Shown here: positions 13,298-25,619 of the stretch, one piece after another
How positions within the stretch are numbered: the first letter of the stretch is position 1
Layout of the letters: each line of letters begins with the position of its first letter
DNA from: Lama guanicoe
Taxonomy: Eukaryota
Assembly (NCBI GenBank): GCA_013239625.1
Contig: MU056050.1
Span: 3,892,084 to 3,956,083, forward strand
Direction: 5' to 3'
Length of the DNA stretch: 64,000 bases
Program-made: the position numbers and the translations under genes
The notes under the pieces: generated by a model
Told to the model about the DNA's origin: nothing
The model's input: the letters and a program-made list of their open reading frames with translations, nothing else
The model's database searches: none

Positions 13298-15214
13298 CTT
13301 CCTAACCTTCAACACATCTAAGAGACCAGAGCCAAGGGAGAGGGAGAGACTTGGTCTTCTAGAAGCTGACCACCTCAAGGTAAAGAAAAGATAGAAAGAG
13401 TAAATATCAGACTACACATCTCTCCCTGTTTCAGGTTCCTGTAATATACACAATCCTGGCTAGCAATGGGAGAGAGGAAGATTTGAATCAGTTATAAACT
13501 GGTCTAAACTGAGTTTTTAATAACCATATATGACTGGGAGTTGTGTGATCTACTTCAGGTGTCATTAAAGAACAGGAAAGGGAGATGCAGCATAGCTCAG
13601 GTGCAGACAGAGATTGGAGGAAAAAACCACAGAACCATTTCACATTTGTACCTAACCAAGTTGAAACAATTGAACAAATTGGTTACATTGGACTATGAAC
13701 AATACTCCATTTCATCTTCCTTCAATAACTTAGCATAGTACTAGTCATACAACAAGAGCCATAAATATTGCTACTTTTACATGACTTGATTCAGAAAGAA
13801 GAAATAAAAATTTGTAGTCATCAGAAAGATTTTTCTTTGAATTATAAATGACAAGATAGGTGAAGGGGATGCACTGAAATAGTCTAGGCCTGCTATTCAA
13901 GATGACTCCAGTCAGCCACAGTACAGAGTGCTGTGAGAGGAGAGCCAGCAAAGAAGAGTAGAGGAATTTACTCTTGATATTTATGAGCTAATTTTATAAT
14001 CAACATGAGATTAGTAAAATAGAGAAGACCTAGAAGAATCTCTCAAGAGATCACCATATCCAGTCCCCTGCCTTCAGGCAGTTGAGAATCTTCAACATCC
14101 ATGACAATGTATTGTAGATAAAAAAGATCTGCTTAAGGATTTTCTGCTGCTTAGAATATCTACTTGGTAAGTATTTTTTCCAACACTTTTTTACAGATAA
14201 CAGTTTTTTTCTTATACCTATAATACCATTGATACTGTTTTCCTAAATTCAATTAATGTTCCTAAGATAAAATTTTCTTAAATTGTAAGAAATTACATTG
14301 ATATATTAAAATGTAAAGAGTTTAAATAAGAGATCAAAAAGTACACATGGAAGAAAATACTGAGTTACAACTAATACCCTGTACTTGTCATGTGGCTCTG
14401 TCCTTTCTTCAAAGGCTGGACTAACTGAATTGCACCTCACAAATGGTTTGTTTTAATGTTATAGCATTTGGCATAGCAAATTAAAGAAAAAATGATTAAT
14501 CTATCCAGATATGTTGTACTTTCAAAGAACATTTTCTGTACTGAAACTTTGAGTATTAGAGTCAAGAAAATTCATGTACCTCAAGTGAAAACTAATTCAC
14601 TTGAATTTAAAAAATAAAAAAAATACATTAAACAATATAAGATGAATTCCCTCTCTTCCCTAAAAGTACTACAAGAGAGAAATTAATTTTTAAATCTTAG
14701 TAAAGAGCTAGGCATTAGTTGGATCTATTTGATACATAGGCACTACTTTATGTAACGTGTGTTTTTAGTGTTCTCTGAAAACAGATACTACGCTAAAAGT
14801 TTTCTCAAAATAGATTGTAAATTTTACTTACATCTATATACCTTAATCTTATATAGAATAACAATTATTTGGAAATTTGCAACAAAAGGTAAAGTGAACT
14901 GAAGGTATTTCTTATTTGGAAACTCTCCCGAAGGCCCCCACTCTTATGCTCTGTGCCTGTGAGTTTTGAAGTTCTTTAGATCAAGGTCAGAATATTACGG
15001 CAAACCTGCTTCTACTTGGGAGAACTAAGACTACTGAAGAATAAATTTGAAAGTAGCTAGATGGTCGGCAAAGTGTGGAGAATAGAATTATCGAAGTAAT
15101 TGAGGATGATCAATTAGGTGCTACCATATTCAGGTTTTCTTTGATAAGAGCCTGTCTTTCTTTCTAATTGTTTTCTGTTTCTGGGTTTCTAGAACCGAAG
15201 AGGCGGCTTTCTTA

Positions 15215-15710
15215 ATTACAGTATGAATGGTCAATTTGGGTTAAACATCATTCTTTCAATTTCAGTCATATACTTGGATGGGACTGATCTCATGCTCTAG
15301 TCTCAGGGTGGGAAATGACCCAGATCTAACCATTGCTCTTTTTTCTGGTTGTTATAGTTGTTTTAAAGAAAAGCCTGTACTTATGCTAGGGCAATAAAAG
15401 ACATGGCTAGAAATAAGGTTCTCATTTCTTTAGAATTGTTAAATATAAAGATACTGCATACTGATTGCTTCTGGTAGCTATCTTTGCTACTGCATGGCAT
15501 GGGTCTGCCTAAGAATAAAGCCAACATAGAGAAAAGCAGAGCAAGGGATGGAGAGAAAGATGGGAGTCCTGCTGACTTCACCTGACCCTTGCATTTTTTC
15601 AGTCATGTATGTCAATAAAGTCCTCTGTGAATATTTGTGTGTGCAGATTAGCTTAAACTAATTTGAATTGGGTATGTGTCACTTGCAACCAAAAGAATCT
15701 TGACCAGTAC
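15215..15710 (+). mobile_element. MaLR LTR, MLT1J/K-like
   Basis: GAATAAAGCCAACATAGAGAAAAGCAGAG; poly(A) signal CAATAAAG; 3' end GTCACTTGCAACCAAAAGAATCTTGACCAGTACA. Confidence 0.75.
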
Positions 15711-15711
15711 A

Positions 15712-16120
15712 ATTGCTAAAATCTAGTGAGTGCTTACTTCCTTGTAGACACCATGCTAAATTCTTTATATCCATTATCTCATTTAATCCTTCCAGTAATT
15801 TAGGAAAGCAATTTAGTATAACAGGTTACATCCTGGACTCAGACTGTTTGAATTCAAATCTCAGCTCTATCTCTTTCTTGGTTGTATGACTTAAATCAAT
15901 TTACTCATACTCTCTTGTGCCTCTCTTTGAAGGAGGAATATGATTATTACCAATAGTACTCAACTCAGGGTTTTTGTAATTAGTCAATAGTTTAATGTAT
16001 GTACATTTCTTAGAACACTTTCTCACTCATACCAAAGATGAGCTATTATTTCAAATACTACAAATGAAGGAACTCAGTACTAGATGGGTTAATTTATCCA
16101 CTTTAACACATTCAGGAAGC
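15712..16120. mobile_element. Nested MIR fragments (plus copy ~15805-16050 within a minus copy)
   Basis: ATTATCTCATTTAATCCT (minus); CAGACTGTTTGAATTCAAATCTCAGCTCT (plus); TACAAATGAAGGAACTCAG (minus). Confidence 0.65.
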
Positions 16121-17320
16121 ATCCATTTTGAGAGAAATGCTCCAGGCATCTGAAACCCTAGATTACCTCGTACATTTGTGACCACTTTTATGATAATATA
16201 GTATTCCAGGTTTCAAAGCTGAAGCATAAGAGTTAGCAGAAGTTATAAGAGGTACACTGGAGTTTATGAAGTAATCAGTATAATTTTCTCTTAAAATTGA
16301 AAAGATTATTTAGCCTTCAAGCAGCCAGTGGATACTTTAAGTTGCACAGTAAATACTAACATGCAAGTGACTTGGAGAGAATACTGAAAAAGATAGTGAC
16401 AGCTAATATATCAATGGACATAATCATAGGGTATTTACTGAGGAAACATTTAAACATTGTGTTCTGTTTGTCCTTATGATTATACTTTTGCTTCTCAGAT
16501 TACGCATTTTGATTCTTGGTTTAGGAAATACAACAATAGTAGCTACAGTAGGGTATTTAAGTCGACTGTAAGATCTGGTTCGTTAAGTTGAAGAGACACA
16601 CTCTGGAAGACTAGAAGGAAAGTATGTTGCGTTAATAATTTTCAGTTTTATGTCAGTTCTAGTAATCCTACTAGTGTTTTCTTCTAAGGGATGATACTCC
16701 ATGTCATTCAACTGTTAGTTATAGTACATAGTTTTCAGCAGATACTTCACCAGCCTTCTCTAGGCACTCTGTAATTGATCAGTTTTGCTCTTAAAATGTG
16801 GCACCTGAATAAAAAAGTTATATGTTCAGATGTATAAGGTCATCCAGAGGGAAATGATGATATTAAGCCCTGTGACCTTATTAGCTTAATGTTAAATTTT
16901 CATTATAATTTTTTTCAGACCCATGACATAGTTGGTTATATGGGATTTGTCACCAATCTACAAAGTGGCTGCACCAGTTTATACTCCGACCAGCAGTGTA
17001 TGAGAGCTTTCCCACATCCTTCTCAATAATTGACTCTGTCAGACTTTATAATTGTTGCCAATCGCAGGAGGAAAATACTATCTTACTTTTATTTTAACTT
17101 GTATTTTCCTAATTCCTAAAGATAATCTAGGTTTTCTACCTTGAGTTGCCATTTCCCTTTTCCCTGTTGGGTGTTTTGTTTTCTTGTTGGTTTCTAGGGG
17201 TTCTTTATATATTCTAGATACTACAACTTCGTTAAATAGGTTGGAAATATTTTCTCCCAGTATCTGACTTGTCTTTTAACTTTATACTCTCCTTCTTTTA
17301 ATTATCCTTTACCTATATAT

Positions 17321-17524
17321 CAGAGATTAGCAAAGTGGGTCAAATTCAAGCATCAGTCTATTTATGAATAGCTCATGAGCTACTAATTTTTTGTTCATTT
17401 TTAAGGGTTGCAATATACATATATACATATATACACACACATATATGTGACACAGACTGCATGTGGTGTACAAAACCTAAAATATTTATTATTTAACCCT
17501 TTACAGAAAGTTTGTGGACCCTTG
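17321..17524 (+). mobile_element. hAT-Charlie MITE, MER58C-like
   Basis: Degenerate TIRs CAGAGATTAGCAAA / TTTGTGGACCCTTG; diagnostic AAACCTAAAATATTTA...CCCTTTACAGAAAGTTTG. Confidence 0.75.
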
Positions 17525-17849
17525 CCATTGATTATAACAATATTCTTCTAACATTTATTCTTATGCTTTTAATTATTTCTCATATGTGAATCTCTGAAGC
17601 CCCTGTAGTTTATTTATTTGAGAAAGAAACCTGGTTTTTTAAATGGGAAATGAGTTTCCATAATACAGTTGAATGGTCTATGCTTCCCTTTTGATTTGTA
17701 ACACTACTTCTCTCATATGCTCATATATTTTCTTCCATATACTCACAAGTTTTAATCTGTTTCCCAGTTCTTCATTCTGTTCCATTGGTCTGTTTGCCCA
17801 TCCCTATACCAATATCATATTTTTAATTACTATAGCTTCATAATAAATC

Positions 17850-18490
17850 TTTTTTAAAACTTTTTTTATTGAGTAATAGTCATTTTACAATGTTGTGTCA
17901 AATTCCAGTGAAGAGCACAATTTTTCAATTATACATGAACATACATATATTCATTGTCACATTTTTTTTTGCTGTGAGCTACCATAAGATCTTGTATTTA
18001 TTTCCCTGTTCTATACAGTATAATCTTGTTTATCTATTCTACATTTTGAAATCCTAGTCTGTGCCTTCCCACCCCCCACCCCCTTGGCAACCACAAGTTT
18101 GTATTCTATGTCTATGAGTCTGTTTTGTATTTATTTATTTATTTTAGATTCCACATATGAGCGATCTCATATAGTATTTTTCTTTCTCTTTCTGGCTTAC
18201 TTCACTTAGAATAACATTATCCAGGGACATCCATGTTGCTGCATATGGCATCATTTTTTATGGTTGAGTAGTATTCCATTGTATAAATATACCATGGCTT
18301 CTTTGTGCAGTCATCTGTCATTGGACATTTAGGCTGTTTCCATGTCTTGGCTATTGTAAATAGTGCTGCTATGAACATTGGGGTGCAGGCGTCATTTTGA
18401 AGTAGAATTCCTTCTGGATACATGCCCAGGAGTGGGATTCCTGGGTCATATGGTAAGTCTATTCCTAGTCTTTTGAGGAATCTCCGTATT
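17850..18490 (-). mobile_element. Young lineage-specific L1, 5'-truncated (3' UTR plus ORF2 C-terminus)
   Basis: ORF 18217-18504 (-): RFLKRLGIDLPYDPGIPLLGMYP...[22 protein letters not shown]; poly-T on the left. Confidence 0.93.
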
Positions 18491-18855
18491 GTCTGATTGG
18501 TCACTACTGTTGTATAGTACTGTTGATTATTGTTTGTTGATTTTGTATTCAGCAGATTTGATCAAGCCTTTTATTAGTTATAAAATATGTAGATTCTTAG
18601 ATTTACAATGTAAAAAATGATTTCAACTACTAATAACAATTAGTTTTCCCTAATTCTTTCCAATCATGTCATCCTCTTTCCCCATGTATCAGCTAGTCTA
18701 TCCACTAAAACATTTAGTAAATATGTTAGCAGAAGTCCTTGTTATATTCTGATTTCCATGACTGTACTCAAGTTTCACTATTAGTTATGATGTTGGGTAT
18801 AGAATTTTGTTATATATATTTTGTCAGTTCAGAAAAATCCTTTCTACTCCTTTTT

Positions 18856-19016
18856 CTAAAATTGAAGTATAGTCGGTTTATAATGTTGTGTTAATTTCTG
18901 GTGATTCAGTTATACATATATATGTATACATTCCTTTTCATATTCTTTTTCATTATAGGATACTACAAGGTATTGAATATAATTCCTTGTGCAATACAGT
19001 AGGACCTTGTTGCTTA
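18856..19016 (-). mobile_element. Short L1 3' tip with 17-bp TSD
   Basis: ATTGAAGTATAGTCGGTTTA...; flanks CCTTTCTACTCCTTTTT (18839-18855) / CCCTTCTATTCCTTTTT (19017-19033). Confidence 0.88.
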
Positions 19017-19639
19017 CCCTTCTATTCCTTTTTAAACACATTCATTTAAATGTTCTTTATGGGGTATTGTTCTATTCTGTGAAACTCCTTACAAATAGAT
19101 TCTCCCATTTGTTAGCTATTTTTTGTAACAGTGTTTTCCTCCCTCCTGTGAACTTTTAGTTTACAGGCTTATCTTGGTTGGGGCTTTCTTCTGTTCTTTT
19201 CACTTTTTTTTTTTTGATTAGTGTGTTTCTCTCCCTTTTCTGATCTCTTTATGTCTAGGGATTTTATATTTGCCTCCAGTAAGCCTGTTAGACTTCTCAG
19301 ATTAAAACTAAGTTTTAATTTATTGGCTGGAGATCTCTCATTCTGGAGAAAAATAACAGAGTTTATTCTAGAGCAGAAAGCAACTTGCTCCCTCCTGCAT
19401 CCTTTGGAAACAGATTGACAATGACTATAACCACTGACAGTGACCCCAGAATTTTGTAGCCAGACACCCAGCTTCCAGATATCCCACTCAGCCTGGAGAG
19501 GCTTCAGTTTCAGGAGTCGAGCTGTATGACATCTTTTTCTGGGTATAGCGTCAGAGACCAAAGGGTAGAAATATTGAGTTCAGAGATCCAACCTCTTCTA
19601 ACTAATGTATGAAATCTATTCTCTACCCAGTAGCTAGTG

Positions 19640-20170
19640 TTCCTGTGAAAATGCAATTCAGATCATGTCATTCCCCAAAGTTCTTACACTGGCCTACATG
19701 GTTATACGTGATCTTGCCCCCAGGTTATCTCTTTGATCTCATCTCGTACACCACTCTTACTTTTGTTCTTTGACCTCAAACTATGGAGACCTTGATGTCT
19801 TTTAAGTACAGCGACCAAGCAGGTTCCTATCTCAGGTTTTTGAAATTGTAGTTTTCTCTGTCTATATTTTTTTCTCAGATATTTCCTTGGACAAACTCTC
19901 TTTTCATTCAGATCTCTGCCTAAAAGATCTGTCAACTTCTTGGAGAAACTTTCCTTGCTCGCTCACTGTTCTCTCATTCTGCTTTATTCTTCTTCATGGC
20001 TCATATTATAACAAACCTATATTTGTGCTTATTATCTATCTCATCCATATGAATATCAGCTCCATAAAAGCCAGGACTTCATTATGGTCACTGCTATATC
20101 CCCAGCTCCTAGAGTGGTACCTAGCACATAACATAATAAGGGCTCAGTAAGTATTTGTTGAATGAATAAA
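19640..20170 (+). mobile_element. L2 3' end
   Basis: TCAGATCATGTCATTCCCC...GGCTCAGTAAGTATTTGTTGAATGAATAAA. Confidence 0.8.
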
Positions 20171-20444
20171 GTATAATTTAATCTTCAAGGACTGTGTGAG
20201 GTCAGTGTGATTATTCCCAAAGCTTCAGAATCAATGAAGCCACTAATATTCACAGAGGTTACTTATGTAACTTGCCTAAGGCTATACTGCTAACAAGTGA
20301 CAAAGCTAACTAACTTTGTTACATTACATGTCTTTCCAGAAAACAAAGGCCATCAAAATTTGATTATGAGTAATGGGTATCCATAGGTATCCCTAATCAC
20401 CTCATTTATGTTTTTCTTACATTATAAATTAGTTCCTATAAGCA

Positions 20445-20975
20445 TTTTGCTTAAAAACTCTTCAATACTTTTCCATGCACTTAGAACAAAATCCAGACTT
20501 TCAGCATGACCTTGAAGTCCTTGCATGGTGATATCCAGCTTCACTGTTTTCCTTTTACTGACAACGTTCTAGCCTTGCAGACCTTTTTTCTTTTTATTGA
20601 GATACGCCAAGTTCTTGCCTCCTCCAACTTTATACCAGAGTTTTACATTTGCTGTTTTCTCTTCTTGAAGAATTTCCCTAAGTTGTTTCATAACTGGTCT
20701 CATATTCTGATCTTAACTCAGAGAGGACTTCCCTGATCATCTTAGCTAACTCTCCCATCCCCACTCTCATCCCTCTCTATCCCAGTTTTATTTTCCTCAT
20801 GACACTTATTGCTATTTAAAATTATCATTTATTTATTTGTGGTTTTCTCTTCCTGTCTTCACTACATTATAAGCTCCCTAAAGATAGGAACCTTGTCTGT
20901 CTTTTTATTGTTATATCGCTAGCACCTAGAATAGTGACTGGCACAAAGGAGGCACATAGAAATAATTATTAGATG
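20445..20975 (+). mobile_element. L2 3' end (second copy)
   Basis: TTAGAACAAAATCCAGACT...CTAGCACCTAGAATAGTGACTGGCACA. Confidence 0.8.
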
Positions 20976-21450
20976 ATGATAACAGTAATCATTTGTTGAG
21001 TTCTTGCCATGTAACATGTACTGTATTGAGCCCTTTATCTATATTATTCCTCAAAAATATAATGGATTTAAAAAAAATCTGGTTGGTGTTCGTATTTTCC
21101 TTATTATCTGTTTTTTTATTGAAGTACAGTCGATTTACAGTATTATTTGGGTTTCAGATATAAAACATAATGATTCACAATGACTAAATATTCATTTCAT
21201 TTATATTTGTTATAAAATGTTGGTTATATTTCCCCTGCTGCACAGTATACTCTTGTAGCTTATTTTAAAAATACAATAATCAATTATACTTCAATAAAAT
21301 ACAATGGGGTTGATACAATTTTTAGATCTATTTTACAGGCAGTGAAACTGAGAAACAGAGTCAGTGGTCTACCTGAGATCATGCAGCTAAGGAGTGAATG
21401 CATGACAAGAATCTAGGCAATTTAGTTTTAGTTGTAGTGCTCTTAAACTC
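20976..21450 (-). mobile_element. MIR interrupted by a composite L1-tip insertion (~21066-21295)
   Basis: CATTTGTTGAGTTCTTGCCATG on the left; ATTTTACAGGCAGTGAAACTGAGAAACAGAG on the right. Confidence 0.65.
21111..21266 (-). mobile_element. Short L1 3' tip
   Basis: TTTTTTTATTGAAGTACAGTCGATTTACAG...CTTGTAGCTTATTTT. Confidence 0.85.
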
Positions 21451-23774
21451 AATTTAAAATGAAAGAGTACATACATGTTTTAGTTAATGAGTTTTGTACT
21501 CAGAATATCTCAGAATTGTGATCATGCCTCCATGTTATATTCCAGCTTAAATGGTGGAACATACTTTACGTTGGGTGGAATTAATCAGTTCTGAGGAGCA
21601 CAGAGGAAGGTATATTGGAGAAGCCTGTTGGAATTGATCTTTCTAAAGTCTCTGGCTCTTCTTAGGTTTGCCGAAATTGCCAATATTCTGCAATTTCCCA
21701 ATTAATACATCAGTCTTATTCTGAGAAGGAAGGAGATCAGAAACTGGACTATTTTAGTATAGCAATCTACATATGAAATATTTTCTTCTTTAATGGAGAC
21801 TTAGAGATGTCAGTTAGACAATCTCACTTTTATCCATCTGTTTCTAGCTTGACAACCCTAGATGTGACCTTCCTCTTTCCTGTTGTAATTTATTATACAC
21901 TGCATAGAATAAACAAGACATCATCTTATTCTGAAATTTGTAACCACTTTCTATTGACTATCACCCACGAGATATACTGGTTTTATGCCAAGAGGGAAGA
22001 GACAATATTCTGAACAACAACAACAACAACAAAACCCTTGTTTTCCTAGCTCTGAACATGGATGGCCAGCTTCCCATCTAGAGAGGCATGAACCCTCACT
22101 ATGCTTCACCTAATCTTGATTCAACTAATTCCACTTGTGGCAATTGTATCCTTATACCTGATACCAATTACTCTATTATGACCCTTTGGTTCCAAGTAGT
22201 AAAACCAGACTAAATCAAACCAGTGTAGGAATAAGGAATTGTCTCACAGAGCTGAAGGGCAGGTATTTACCCAGGCCTCATACTGGAACCAAAGATTGAA
22301 AAAGTTTCAGGAAGCCCAGCTCTCATCCACTTACCTGTTTTGTTCTCTTTTCTATCTTTGGTTGAATTTTTTCTGCTTCTCCTTCCAACCGGTAAACTAT
22401 GGTTACCCTTCAGCTCCTAAGTATATGTTGCATTTCCAACTAGCGACTGACTAATGTTAAGTCCTAATTCCAAATTCCTAAGGGAAAGGTTCTTATCTGA
22501 GTAACTATGATCAGGCTTCCACATCTAGTTCCACAATTAGACATGAACAGGAGTGTGCAATAACAAACTAAAATAAATGTCTTCTGGGAGCCCACCCTGT
22601 GTATTAGTAGTGGGAATAGAAGGAAATTTTTCCTAGAGAAAGCTAGATGGGCTGAGTAGACATATAATAGCCCATTCTTCTTAATCATCTTTGTTTTAGG
22701 CTACATGCCTTATTTTTTAAAAGTCAAATAGACATATCTCCAAATTAACCACCCGGATAAACTAGGTCATGATTAATCACATAAAAGTTTTCTTATAAAT
22801 TTATAACTATCCCAGTGCATTTAAGATATAATGTATTTGCATATAACTTTTCAGGAATTTATCTATTTCACAAAATAAAGTACACCTTTAGAGACTTGTA
22901 GAGGGTGGCATTAATGACCAGTTTTCTAAGAAAAGAGAAAATACTATTTTATACTATATTGCAAACTCTAACTTTTCAAATATAGTTTTACTTTAGTTGA
23001 ATGGCACAATATTTCAAAATGAGTACTTTATTACTGTTTACTTTTTTCAAGTAGAGGCAATATCTAGATTGGAGTATAATTTGGGCAATTGTTGCAGGGA
23101 TCAGAATACACTATAAGGCAGTTGTTCTTGTTGATTTTATTATGCCTATGTTATGCATCTCATTTTCTCCTCAGTTGTTTGAGTAATTTTATGTAAATCA
23201 GCATTCTTTATTCATCCTCAAATTCTCATTTTCAAGTCCAAGTCTATATTTTGGAAGAAGTACAGCTTTTGGAGGCTTTTAGAAGGAAGTTGAGATACAT
23301 ACATGATTTCAGGAACTACCTAAATATAATTATTAGATACACGTCTGCAATGCTGACCTCTTTTCCTGTTTGTCCCACATTCTCAGTCATCCACATGATA
23401 TTTCTCTTGGGAATCTAAATGATACGTCAAATTTAGTATACCCACCAACCTCCCGCCAACAGTCAAACCCCTTACTCATTTTCTCATTACAACAATCGGC
23501 TCCACCAATCTCCTAGCTTCCCAAATTCTACTGTTCTTCACCTTTCACACTATCAAGATCTGCCCATTTCCTCCTCTGAAGTACATTTTGGCTCTGTGCG
23601 TTCTGCATTGATGCCACTATTGTGGTCCTTATCAGCCAGTTTTTAGATTACAGCAATAGGGTCATGTCTAGCATCTCTTCACTCCAGTGTATGTTATATA
23701 ATTATGAAAAGCATCTTTCAGTTTTTTTTCGTCAGATCATTCCCTATTTTCATTATTTTAAACATAAAATTTAA

Positions 23775-23970
23775 TAATAATAAGGACAACAACAGCTAGC
23801 ACTTGCATAATACTTAACAATGTTCTAGGGCCTCTAAAGTGCTTTACATGTACTGATTCCATTAATTTTCAGCAACCATAAAGTAGGTTACTATTATTAT
23901 TCTCAATTTACAGGAACTGGAGGAACAGAGAGATTAAGTACTTTGCTTAGATTTCACAGCTAATAAATAA
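23775..23970 (-). mobile_element. MIR SINE
   Basis: AGTGCTTTACATGTA; AATTTACAGGAACTGGAGGAACAGAGAGATTAAGTA. Confidence 0.75.
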
Positions 23971-24741
23971 GTTTTCCTGTTTTATCTATTAAACTTTTCT
24001 GCTTATTACTTTTAACCACCTACCACATTTGTACCCCATGCCACCTCACTGATCTTATTTCTCCTAGAGGGAAGACATGTCCCACTGAAAGGCTGTACAA
24101 ATGGAAGTTTCCATCATTAAAGCAAGGGCTTGTAAATGGCAATTATGAGCCACCCAAATTGTTTAAAATACAAGCACACTCGCACTTACTGTAAGGGCAG
24201 CAGCATCTTTGTTGGGTTTCTAAATCAGTTACATACGCCAATATGTTTTCAATTTTGGCCATGGCAAATCTATCCCTCATTTAAAGGTAAGAGAAAAGAC
24301 TAGATCGTCATACAGATTTACAAACAGGGAGCTTGCCTTGGCGGATGTTGATGTAGACTTGACTTAACCTCTCCAGGTTTAGCAGCTGGACTCAGACACT
24401 GTAATGATTGCTGTGTCACTCTCCAATTTGTGACTAATCCAAGCTGTCTCCTGTTCTTGGGGAAAATCAGTCATCTGTGAAGTAAGTGATTGGTCATATC
24501 AATTTTATGTTGCAAAGTTCCTATTTGCAAAGACCTATAGCTGCCAGCTCACCTAGAGAAAGCTGTCAGAAGTCAAACTCCTACTCCAGACCCCCTAGAG
24601 TCAGCACTGCCGGCACAGATGAGTCCTTTCTTAGCTCTCTGCATCCACCTTGTGCCTCCTGCCATTTCTAAGCAATGTTAGATTTCTTACCAAGTAGCAA
24701 TAGAGGAGATTGGATATTAAATTCTCTGAACTCCTGAAGAG

Positions 24742-24990
24742 AAGCAATATAATATAGTAAGGAGGATAAATAAAAAGTGGACTTGAACCAAACAGAAATT
24801 GGTGTGATTTTAGGCTCTTCTATTTACTGTGTCTATCACCGAGAACAAACTAATATAATTTTCCTCAGCCTCATAGACTCATCTGTAAAATGGGGATAGG
24901 TCCTAATTTATGGGCTATGTGGTTGAAGTGACATCATAACATGTATAAAGTACCTTGCATGATACCTAGCATTTAATAAATGGAAGATGT
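24742..24990 (+). mobile_element. MIR SINE
   Basis: CTCATCTGTAAAATGGGGATA core. Confidence 0.78.
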
Positions 24991-25019
24991 TACATACAAA
25001 AAGTATATTTGACATCTGT

Positions 25020-25600
25020 ATGAAACTTCTGGTCTCCATTTGGGATATGAAAATCTGGAGAGAGCATCACTTACACCCTTATAATACCAACAAAAAAATG
25101 AACAAACTGGAAATTCAAAATTTCTTGATCCCATCACAAAACTGAGGTCACAGGGCAACCAATTAATCCACAATCTAAGAAACTAAGACATTTTCAAGAG
25201 TAGATGGGACACAAGTTCTTTTTCTTGCTAGGGGCAGACAGACACCTGTAAGAAGATTTCAGCTAAAATTGCTAGCAAACTGGTAAAAGCCAAGTCTGAG
25301 TTAGCAAAAGAATATAGAACCTTTTAAGGCTACACAGGTAAGGGGAATGTGCACTCAGTTGAAGGTTATTCTTCCTTGAACCTAAGTGGGTTAGAATAGC
25401 AAGAGTCCTGAAAAAGCACTCCTCATTGCAAAGGCCTGGGGGAGGAGAACAACCACCACTGTGGGAAAGCCAGGAAAAGAGTAAGATCCCTCTCCGTTAT
25501 AGAACACAAGACGCAAACAGTGGGTACAAACGGCAACAAACACTGTCAACCATGGGGCTTTCTTTCTCTTTGGAAAATAGGGAACGAACGTTTCTGCGAA
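25020..25600 (+). mobile_element. Probable old L1 (L1MC-type) 5' UTR fragment
   Basis: GAACAAACTGGAAATTCAA...GATCCCATCACAAAACTGAGGTCACAGGGCAA resembles recalled L1MC 5'-end consensus. Confidence 0.5.
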
Positions 25601-25619
25601 TTTGAGAATTTTCTGAGGA

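Larger units (their letters stand above)
16945..19145 (-). mobile_element. Old, heavily decayed LINE-1 ORF2 region hosting three later insertions
   Basis: AAAGTGGCTGCACCAGTTTATACTCC, TTCTGTTCCATTGGTCTGTTTG, TTAATTACTATAGCTT. Confidence 0.8.

Noticed and set aside
16499..16567. Peptide LRILILGLGNTTI resembling the ARF/ARL P-loop region (RILILGLD.AGKTTI)
   Set aside because: The GK of the Walker A motif is absent and similarity does not extend further; likely chance.
19640..20975. Two tandem L2 3' ends as a local duplication
   Set aside because: They look no more similar to each other than to generic L2, so independent insertions are the simpler explanation.
24378..24487. Plus-strand AG...GTAAGT exon candidate
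   Set aside because: All three frames contain stops and there is no independent support.
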